DNA of 64,000 nucleotides from an uncultured Erysipelotrichaceae bacterium (GTDB lineage Bacteria; Bacillota_I; Bacilli_A; RF39; UBA660): NCBI GenBank assembly GCA_902797995.1, contig CADBUX010000002.1, positions 7,031 to 71,030 of the forward strand, read 5' to 3'. Shown piece by piece: positions 56,660 to 64,000 of this stretch (position 1 is its first letter; each line of letters starts with the position of its first letter). The notes under the pieces were generated by a model. It saw only the letters and a program-made list of their open reading frames with translations, ran no database searches and was not told where the DNA came from. The position numbers and the translations under genes were made by a program.

Positions 56660-57121
56660 ATGAAAAAGAAAGTTTACATAATCAGTTTTATAATTTTTAT
56701 AATAGATTTATTATCTAAAATACTAGTATTAGGTATAGATAAAACTCCTATAACAATTATCAACAATTTTTTCTACATAAATAAAATCTTTAATACTGGA
56801 GCAGCCTTTTCATTATTTACAGGGAATAATTTTATTCTAATCATTATAGCAATCGCAGTACTTATATATATTGATAGAAAAGTAATAGATGATATAAAGA
56901 GTAAAATATCTGTTATAAGTATCAGTATGCTTATCGGAGGAATAATAGGTAATTTGTTTGATAGAATAGTGTATGGAAAAGTGATAGATTTTTTATCATT
57001 TAAATTTGGTACATATAGTTTCCCAGTCTTTAATTTAGCAGACACCTTTATATGTATTGGAATATTTCTTTTAATAGTAGATTTTTTAAGAGGTGATTTA
57101 AATGGAAATAAAAGTAGATAA
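56660..57121 (+). CDS. lspA: Lipoprotein signal peptidase (signal peptidase II)
   Basis: NTGAAFS, GNL.DR and FNLAD motifs; four TM segments. Confidence 0.9.
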   Translation: MKKKVYIISFIIFIIDLLSKILVLGIDKTPITIINNFFYINKIFNTGAAFSLFTGNNFILIIIAIAVLIYIDRKVIDDIKSKISVISISMLIGGIIGNLFDRIVYGKVIDFLSFKFGTYSFPVFNLADTFICIGIFLLIVDFLRGDLNGNKSR

Positions 57122-57983
57122 TAGTGGAGAAAGAATAGATTCATATTTAAGTAATGTTACTGATTATTCTAGAACTAAAATATCTAAAGCTATAAAAGAT
57201 GGTTTTGTTTTGGTAAATAATACAGTTACTTCATCTAGTTATAAAGTTAAAGAAGGAGATACCATTATTATTTCTATTCCTGAAGAAGAAATAAATATAG
57301 AACCTGAAAAAATGAATTTAGACATTATATATGAAGATGAGTATCTAGCGGTTATTAATAAAGCAAGTGGGGTAGTAGTGCACCCAGCAGTAGGGAACTA
57401 CTCTCATACTTTAGTAAATGGATTAATGCATCATTTTAATAAAGTTTCTAAAGAAAAAACTATTCGTCCAGGGATTGTTCATCGTCTTGATAAAGATACA
57501 AGTGGTCTTATGATAGTAGCTAAAGATGATAAAACACACGAACTATTATCTGAAATGATTAAAAATAAAGAAGTAGATCGCCGTTATTTAGCACTTGTAT
57601 GGGGAATAATATCTCACGAAAAAGGAAGAATTGAAGCTCCAATAGGAAGAGACATAAATGATAGACAAAAATATACAGTTACTGATTTAAACGGAAAAAA
57701 TTCTGTTACAAATTTTTCTGTTATTGAAAGATTTCACGACGTAACTCTAATAGAATGCAAACTAGAAACAGGGCGTACTCATCAAATAAGAGTACATATG
57801 AATTATATAGGCCATCCTATTGTAAATGATTCAGTATATGGAAAAAGAAAAATAATAAATAGTTTTGGACAAATGCTTCACTCTTATAGTTTAAACTTCG
57901 TTCATCCAATAACAAAAAAGGCCTTATCATTTAAACAAGAACCCCCAAAAGAGTTTTATGAAATCTTAGAAACATTTAAATAA
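57102..57983 (+). CDS. rluD: RluA-family 23S rRNA pseudouridine synthase (RluD-like)
   Basis: S4 domain followed by the catalytic HRLDKDTSGL and GRTHQIRVH. Confidence 0.9.
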   Translation: MEIKVDNSGERIDSYLSNVTDYSRTKISKAIKDGFVLVNNTVTSSSYKVKEGDTIIISIPEEEINIEPEKMNLDIIYEDEYLAVINKASGVVVHPAVGNYSHTLVNGLMHHFNKVSKEKTIRPGIVHRLDKDTSGLMIVAKDDKTHELLSEMIKNKEVDRRYLALVWGIISHEKGRIEAPIGRDINDRQKYTVTDLNGKNSVTNFSVIERFHDVTLIECKLETGRTHQIRVHMNYIGHPIVNDSVYGKRKIINSFGQMLHSYSLNFVHPITKKALSFKQEPPKEFYEILETFK

Positions 57984-58002
57984 AAAAAGAGAAATCATTT
58001 AG

Positions 58003-58545
58003 TTATTTGATTTCTCTTTTTCTGACAAATTCTTTTGCTTTGTTACTATTTAACATATTCATATCAAGATTAAAATAATCCATTAAATAAATAGTCATAT
58101 TTTCATAAGTATCAATCGCAGCTTGATATTCTTTATCTATGATAGAATCGATTGCTTCATTTATAAATATATTAAGCATAGTATTAGCTATTTTAACTCT
58201 GTTTTCATCTTTAATTAATTTTTCACTTATAACTGGACCAACAACATCATAATCTTCAAGTAGCGGTAAACATTCTTCGTGTTTTTTCATATAGTCATCC
58301 CTAAAAGATCTTAGTGTATCTAAAGTAGGACAATGATCTTCATATCCTAGAATATCACATACTGCTGTAGTTAAATAACAACCACCTGAAGAATTACCCT
58401 TAGTATATATTGGACACTCTCTATATCTCAAAGAGTTATCACAATAAGTATTTCTTGTATATGTATCTACATATTTATCACTTTTCTTACAATAATATCC
58501 ACCACTTAATATACTACCAACATAATCTAGAAAATCACATTGCAT
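58003..58545 (-). CDS. Cysteine-rich hypothetical protein
   Basis: ATG 58545 follows AGGGAGG. The N-terminal 90 aa contain 9 Cys, including GGCYLTTAVCDILGYEDHCPTLDTLRSFRDDYM. Confidence 0.5.
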   Translation of the reverse strand: MQCDFLDYVGSILSGGYYCKKSDKYVDTYTRNTYCDNSLRYRECPIYTKGNSSGGCYLTTAVCDILGYEDHCPTLDTLRSFRDDYMKKHEECLPLLEDYDVVGPVISEKLIKDENRVKIANTMLNIFINEAIDSIIDKEYQAAIDTYENMTIYLMDYFNLDMNMLNSNKAKEFVRKREIK

Positions 58546-58668
58546 ATATAAGCCTCCCTTTTTGCATAGCATATTATATCATAAAAACAAAGAATTGTAA
58601 ATAAACGTTTACTTGTTATAAAAAACTATGATAAAATATAAGTGTAAATATTTTATGGGAGGTTTATA

Positions 58669-59391
58669 ATGAACAAAAATATTAAAACAGTATTGTTAGT
58701 TGTGATAGTAATCGCAGTACTATTATTCGCAGCATTCGCACCTACAAAGAAAGCATTTAAAAGTATATCATTCGAAGACTATAGTTCTTTAGAAAAACCA
58801 AGTGTTGTTTACATTGGAGATAGTAATGAAGTGTTAAAAGTATTAAAAGATATTGATATTAATAAAAAGTATTCTGTTCTATATTTAGATTATTCAAAAC
58901 TTGATAAAAATGAAAAGAAAAAGGTAAAAAAAGATGTAATCGAAGTATGGAATGATAAAAAATTAGTATCTACTTACAACTTTGATACATTCTTATTAAA
59001 CAAAGGTGAAAAAGGATCATCGCTAAAAACAGTTAATATTGACGAATACTTAAAGCTTAAAGATTCTAAAGGATTCAACTTTATGTTTATAGGACGTGAA
59101 ACATGTGGATATTGTGTTAAGTTTAAAGAAGCTATCAAAGAGTTACATAAAGAGTATAAAGTAGACATTAACTATATTGATACAGATTCTTTAGATGAAG
59201 CGGGATTTAATAAACTAACATCCACTGAAGAGTACTTGCAACAAGAACAGTGGGGTACTCCAACATCATTCGTATATTATAATGGCAATCAAATTGATAT
59301 GATAAGTGGTTACATTGATGAAAATGCTTTAAAAGAAAAACTAAATACATATGGTATAGAAATATTTTTAATAGATAATGAGGTGTTATAA
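58669..59391 (+). CDS. Membrane-anchored thioredoxin-fold protein
   Basis: N-terminal TM; redox motif GRETCGYCVKF; W.TPT cis-Pro-like region (WGTPTSFVY). Confidence 0.65.
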   Translation: MNKNIKTVLLVVIVIAVLLFAAFAPTKKAFKSISFEDYSSLEKPSVVYIGDSNEVLKVLKDIDINKKYSVLYLDYSKLDKNEKKKVKKDVIEVWNDKKLVSTYNFDTFLLNKGEKGSSLKTVNIDEYLKLKDSKGFNFMFIGRETCGYCVKFKEAIKELHKEYKVDINYIDTDSLDEAGFNKLTSTEEYLQQEQWGTPTSFVYYNGNQIDMISGYIDENALKEKLNTYGIEIFLIDNEVL

Positions 59392-59840
59392 TGGGTATAG
59401 TATACCAACAGGCTTTGAGATTTAAAAGAAAGTTTCCTGGCACAATTGCATGGAGAATCAAAAAACATGCTGATAGAATTGAAAGACATTTAAATCCTGA
59501 CGAAGAAGTAAAATACGTTTTTGTAGGACAAAGAAATAATGAATTTTATGACATAATTACTACCGGAATATTTGTTATTACCAATAAAAGACTTTTAATA
59601 GCATCAGATAGAGTACTTTTTGGATATTTCCTATTCTCAATTACACCAGATATGTTTAACGACCTTACAGTAGTTTCTGGACTTATCTGGGGAAAAGTAA
59701 TCATTGATACTATAAAAGAACAAGTATATATATCAAACCTAAGCAAAAGAAGTCTAGATGAAATTGAAACAATGGTTACTGAGTATATGATGACAGAAAA
59801 AAAGAAATACGCTGAACGTGACAAACATGAAAATTATTAA
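59391..59840 (+). CDS. Bacterial PH-domain (YokE/bPH-like) protein
   Basis: L.PDEEVKYVF.G.........GIFVITNKRLLIA pattern. The start overlaps the upstream stop (TAATG). Confidence 0.5.
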   Translation: MGIVYQQALRFKRKFPGTIAWRIKKHADRIERHLNPDEEVKYVFVGQRNNEFYDIITTGIFVITNKRLLIASDRVLFGYFLFSITPDMFNDLTVVSGLIWGKVIIDTIKEQVYISNLSKRSLDEIETMVTEYMMTEKKKYAERDKHENY

Positions 59841-59975
59841 AAAGTGACAAATAAGTTATTTTAAATAATATTTTTATTGAAGATATAAGAAAAATGTGAT
59901 AAACTATTGTTGTATAGAATATCATGTTTTTTATTTTGCATAGATTATAAATAATAACCTACAAAGAGGTGAAAT

Positions 59976-60416
59976 ATGGAAAAAGGACTCATTAAAAGAT
60001 TAGTAATAGTAAGTTTAGTATTAATTGTATTAGTTGTAGTTATATCTACCATATATTTTACTTTTATAAAACCAAAAGATGTAAAAATTATATATGGTGA
60101 TTATGAAGTGCTAAGTGGACATTATGGTAAAGTTGAAAAATATGATCCATCTATGACAGTCGAAGGCTATAAGGGTGATAATAATAACGCTTATTATATA
60201 ACAGGAAAAATAAAATCTAAAAAAGACAAAGGATTTACAATAATAACATTTAATCTATACGATAAAAGTAATACACTCATAGGTACTGCAGTCGCAGGTG
60301 TAAATGAATTAAAAGAAGGAAATACTTATGATTTTAAAGCACTATCATTAGTAAACAGTTCTGATATGCAAAGAATAAATCATTATAGAATAAAAAGTAT
60401 AAAATTAGGAAATTAA
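59976..60416 (+). CDS. FxLYD-domain membrane-anchored protein
   Basis: N-terminal TM; ITFNLYDKSNTLIG contains the FxLYD motif. Confidence 0.6.
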   Translation: MEKGLIKRLVIVSLVLIVLVVVISTIYFTFIKPKDVKIIYGDYEVLSGHYGKVEKYDPSMTVEGYKGDNNNAYYITGKIKSKKDKGFTIITFNLYDKSNTLIGTAVAGVNELKEGNTYDFKALSLVNSSDMQRINHYRIKSIKLGN

Positions 60417-60428
60417 GGAGGTAATAAT

Positions 60429-60845
60429 ATGGCTTTTAAAGATAAATTACAAAAATTTATTGGTGATGATAAAGAAGGGGAAGTTGAAACAGTAAGTTCT
60501 GATGAATTTTACAAAGATACATTTAAACAAACAGGAACATCTGGAAATAAAATGATTCTTTTAGAACCACGTGCATTTTCTGAAGCACAAACTATTGCAG
60601 ATTATCTAAAATCTAGAAATACAGTAGTAGTAAACTTAAAAAGAGTAACTCCAGAAGTAGCAAAAAGAATCGTAGACTTCTTAAGTGGTTCTGTATATGC
60701 TATCGGAGGAGATCTTCAAAAGCTTGGAAATGGTATATTTTTATGTACTCCTAACAACGTAAATGTTGAAGGAAAAATTTCTGGTGATGAAAAATCAAAA
60801 GCTAAAAAAGAAGAAAAGCAAGAAGAAAACGAATTCGATTGGTAG
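60429..60845 (+). CDS. sepF: Cell division protein SepF
   Basis: [20 protein letters not shown]....VVVNL.........[14 protein letters not shown].....IFLCTP. Confidence 0.9.
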   Translation: MAFKDKLQKFIGDDKEGEVETVSSDEFYKDTFKQTGTSGNKMILLEPRAFSEAQTIADYLKSRNTVVVNLKRVTPEVAKRIVDFLSGSVYAIGGDLQKLGNGIFLCTPNNVNVEGKISGDEKSKAKKEEKQEENEFDW

Positions 60846-60862
60846 AAGTTTGAGGTGATATT

Positions 60863-61285
60863 ATGGATAATTTTACAAATATGCAAGGTGGATACAATAA
60901 ACAGCAAGTTAATGATTTTGTGGATTATGTCATAAAAAAAACAGAAGAGAATATTCTTACAATAAAGAAACAAAAAGATGAAATAGAGTATCTAAAAAGA
61001 GAAAATGAACGTTTAAAAAAACTTGAAGACTCTTATATCTACATTCAAAATCAAGTGGAAAACACTGCAAATGAAATAAAAGCAAATGCCAAATACGAAG
61101 CAGAATTAATTATAAAAGAAGCAAAAGATAACGCAAGTAGTATTGTAAATGATGCTCTTCTAAAAGCAGAAAAACTAAATAGTGAGAGAGAACAATTAAG
61201 TAAGAGTTTAAAAATATATAAACGAAAAGTAAAATCAGCTTTAATGGAACAATTAGAAATAATCGATGATATTGAAGTATTATAA
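60863..61285 (+). CDS. DivIVA-domain protein
   Basis: N-terminal GYNKQQVNDFVD (DivIVA lipid-binding motif) followed by coiled coil. It sits in the sepF-divIVA-ileS context. Confidence 0.8.
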   Translation: MDNFTNMQGGYNKQQVNDFVDYVIKKTEENILTIKKQKDEIEYLKRENERLKKLEDSYIYIQNQVENTANEIKANAKYEAELIIKEAKDNASSIVNDALLKAEKLNSEREQLSKSLKIYKRKVKSALMEQLEIIDDIEVL

Positions 61286-61290
61286 AAAAC

Positions 61291-61528
61291 TTGAATTTTA
61301 AAGTAAGTTATGTTATTATACGAAAAGAAAGCAATTGATGAAGGCGGAAATATATAATGTTTTAAAGCGAGCTTTGTTTGGTGAAAGAAAGCAAACTAGT
61401 ATATGGAGGATCACTTCTGATGTTTTTTATGAAGATAAAAACGGTATGCGCGTTATAGCAAATGAGTATAAAAATTAAGGTGGTACCGCGAGTTAATTCG
61501 CCCTTTGGTAACCATCTTTTTATTTGTA
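61291..61528 (+). promoter_or_regulatory. Promoter (TTGAAT-17-TATTAT) and Ile-specific T-box riboswitch leader of ileS
   Basis: Stem I has GGTGAAAG distal-loop-like elements. The specifier region is GGATCAC (ATC = Ile codon followed by a purine). T-box sequence AATTAAGGTGGTACCGCG lies at about 61474-61491. A terminator helix with T-run ends at about 61525. Confidence 0.85.
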
Positions 61529-61540
61529 AGGAGGAAAAAC

Positions 61541-64000
61541 ATGTTTAAAGAATTAAATAAAGACAAAACAAGTGAAGTAGAAAAAGAGTATTCAAAGTTT
61601 TGGAAAAAAGAAAATATCATGGAAAAAAGTATAGAAAAAGGAAAAGACTATTTTGTCTTTTATGATGGACCAATATATGCTAATGCAAAACCTGGTATTC
61701 ATCACGTGTTTGCAAAAACTATTAAAGATTCGTTTTGTAAATATAAAACAATGAAAGGATACAAAGTATTAAGAAAAATTGGACTTGATACCCATGGACT
61801 TCCTATTGAAGTAAACGTAGAAAAAAAACTTGGCTTTAAATCAAAAGCTGATATCGAAGCTTTTGGAGTGGAAAATTTTTGCCATGAATGTAATAAAGAA
61901 ACAGATTCAAATATTGATGAAGTAAAAAAAGTAACAGATATGATGGGACAATTTATTGATCATGAAAATCCATATGTTACATGCAGTAATGATTATATAG
62001 AATCAGAATGGTGGATCATAAATGAGTTCAATAAAAAAGGATTGATATATCATGGATCAAAAGTATTACCTTACTGTCCAAGATGCGGAACAGAATTAGC
62101 TTCACACGAAGTTGCTCAAGGATATAAAGAAGTATCTGTTAATTCACTAATCGTGCCATTTAAATTAAAAGATGAAGATACTTATATGCTTGCTTGGACC
62201 ACTACACCTTGGACATTGCTTGCAAATCTTGCTCTGTGTGTTAATCCAGAATTAGACTATGTAAAAGTACAGGCTAAAGGATATAATTTCATAGTAGCAT
62301 CCCAACTAGTTGACAAAGTTCTTGGAGAGGATTACAAAGTACTTGAAACATATAAAGGTATAGAACTCCAAGGTAAAGAATATGAACAATTAATGCCATT
62401 TTTAAATGTAGAAGGAAAAGCATTTGTTGTTTTAGCAGATTCTTATGTTACCGCTGATGATGGTACAGGAATAGTTCATATGGCACCAGCTTTCGGTGAT
62501 GACGATAATCGTGTTTGCAGTAAAAATGGTGTTGCTTTTGCAAATCCAGTAGATTCAAGCGGTAAATATACCGTAGGACCTTGGAAGGGTAGATTAGTAA
62601 CAGAACAAGAACTAGAAATAGATATAATTAAGTATTTAAAAGAAAATGATAAACTATTCAAAAAAATAAAATTAGTTCATGACTACCCACATTGCTGGAG
62701 ATGTAAAAACCCTCTAATTTATTATGCAAAACCAGCTTGGTATTTAAGAAATACTGATTATAAAGACAAGATTATTGAAGCTAATAAAAAAGTAAATTGG
62801 TATCCTGACTATGTTGGAGAAAAACGTTTTAACAACTGGCTTGAAAATATGATTGACTGGGGTATAAGTCGTAATAGATACTGGGGATGTCCACTTCCAA
62901 TTTGGGGATGTAGTTGTGGAAATTTCGAAACAATTGGTTCACTAGATGAACTACAAGAAAAAGTTTTAGAAAGCATTAACGTAAAAGAAATCGAACTACA
63001 TAGACCATATGTAGATGACTTACATATAAAATGCTCTAAATGTGGTAAAACAATGAATAGAGTACCAGATGTAATGGACGTTTGGTTTGATTCAGGTTCA
63101 ATGCCTTATGCACAGCATCATTATCCATTTGAAAACAAAGAATTATTTGAAAAGCAATTTCCTGCAGATTTTATTGCTGAAGGAGTAGATCAAACAAGAG
63201 GATGGTTCTACGTATTAATAGTTATATCTACTATTCTATCTGGAGAGTCAAGCTTTAAAAATGTAGTAGTAAATGACATGATGTTAGATGCCCACGGAAA
63301 GAAAATGTCCAAGTCAGTAGGAAACATCATAGATCCAATAAAAATAATGGATGAATATGGAGCAGATATCATAAGATGGTATATGTTATATGCATCCCCT
63401 GTATGGACACCACTTAAATTTGATTATGAAGGTTTAAAAGAAGTACATTCAAAATTTTATAACACCTTAAAAAACACTTATTCATTCTTTGCGCTTTACG
63501 CTAATATTGATAAAATAGATCCAAGAACTTATGAAATAGAATATAACAATCTTGAAGAAATAGATAAATGGTTACTTTCAAAATATAATAAATTAGTAAA
63601 AAATGTTACAAACTATTTTGAAGAATTTGATTTACATAAAGTAGTACGGGCTATAACATCATTTGTCTCTGAAGATTTATCAAATTGGTATATAAGAAGA
63701 AATAGAAAAAGATTCTGGGGAAGTACTTTAGATACTTCTAAGAAAAATGTATACAAAGTAACATATGAAGTTTTATTAGGACTTTCAAAATTAATTGCCC
63801 CAATCGTACCATTCCTATCTGAAGAAATATATCAAAATCTAACAGATAAAGAATCAGTTCATTTAGAAGACTACTCAACATATGATGAATCATTAATAAA
63901 TGAAGAAATTGAAGAAAGAATGGACTTAGTAAGAATATTAATATCACTAGGAAGAAATGTCCGTGAACAAGAAAGAATAAAAGTTAGACAACCACTAAAA
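61541..64000 (+). CDS. ileS: Isoleucyl-tRNA synthetase, type 2 (eukaryote-like clade); 3' end outside window
   Basis: ATG follows AAGGAGG. FYDGPIYANAKPGIHHVFAKTIKD is the type-2 HIGH region, followed by DWGISRNRYWG and KMSKS. The frame is open to the window end. Confidence 0.9.
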   Translation, partial: MFKELNKDKTSEVEKEYSKFWKKENIMEKSIEKGKDYFVFYDGPIYANAKPGIHHVFAKTIKDSFCKYKTMKGYKVLRKIGLDTHGLPIEVNVEKKLGFKSKADIEAFGVENFCHECNKETDSNIDEVKKVTDMMGQFIDHENPYVTCSNDYIESEWWIINEFNKKGLIYHGSKVLPYCPRCGTELASHEVAQGYKEVSVNSLIVPFKLKDEDTYMLAWTTTPWTLLANLALCVNPELDYVKVQAKGYNFIVASQLVDKVLGEDYKVLETYKGIELQGKEYEQLMPFLNVEGKAFVVLADSYVTADDGTGIVHMAPAFGDDDNRVCSKNGVAFANPVDSSGKYTVGPWKGRLVTEQELEIDIIKYLKENDKLFKKIKLVHDYPHCWRCKNPLIYYAKPAWYLRNTDYKDKIIEANKKVNWYPDYVGEKRFNNWLENMIDWGISRNRYWGCPLPIWGCSCGNFETIGSLDELQEKVLESINVKEIELHRPYVDDLHIKCSKCGKTMNRVPDVMDVWFDSGSMPYAQHHYPFENKELFEKQFPADFIAEGVDQTRGWFYVLIVISTILSGESSFKNVVVNDMMLDAHGKKMSKSVGNIIDPIKIMDEYGADIIRWYMLYASPVWTPLKFDYEGLKEVHSKFYNTLKNTYSFFALYANIDKIDPRTYEIEYNNLEEIDKWLLSKYNKLVKNVTNYFEEFDLHKVVRAITSFVSEDLSNWYIRRNRKRFWGSTLDTSKKNVYKVTYEVLLGLSKLIAPIVPFLSEEIYQNLTDKESVHLEDYSTYDESLINEEIEERMDLVRILISLGRNVREQERIKVRQPLK

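Overview
Very AT-rich Bacillota (Firmicutes) chromosomal segment; Prp-processed L27, EzrA, SepF/DivIVA, LtaS, PrsA, gatCAB and YjcZ-like tiny sporulation peptides support this, and I cannot name a genus. The left ~7.6 kb is accessory DNA. It holds a DpnII-type GATC restriction-modification cassette (dpnM truncated by the window edge, dpnA, dpnB) and a degraded RHH gene. Next comes an HTH-WYL regulator with HAD-hydrolase, NADAR and nucleoside-deoxyribosyltransferase-like genes, whose two promoters share a palindromic operator-like motif. A four-unit ~60-bp tandem repeat array, a phage/plasmid-type replication module (HTH initiator, G39P-like loader) and a large serine recombinase follow, so this is probably the right end of an integrated element. 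A small block follows (ASCH, XRE plus unknown partner, patatin). About 55 kb of core genes follow: rpoZ, recX, prsA, a heterodimeric ABC exporter, polA, mutM, rplU-prp-rpmA, gatCAB, a degenerate GGDEF receptor, yihY, ltaS, ezrA, a Xer recombinase, murE, a murF-like gene, ddl and parE. The rest are a 10-gene tRNA operon, csp, queA-tgt, two different proS genes in tandem, lspA-rluD, sepF-divIVA and a T-box-controlled type-2 ileS (3' end outside the window). Best second-look items: (1) tRNA-Thr(UGU) split in its anticodon loop by a 629-nt IC3-like group I intron carrying an HNH endonuclease ORF; (2) the WYL-controlled nucleotide/ADP-ribose-processing module on the recombinase element; (3) a type I toxin-antitoxin-like locus between rpmA and gatC; (4) the 60-bp iteron-like array; (5) a MurF-like ligase whose N-terminal domain is replaced by a polytopic membrane domain. 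No CRISPR array, rRNA or IS transposase was seen. All homology statements are by-eye motif recognition, not database searches.
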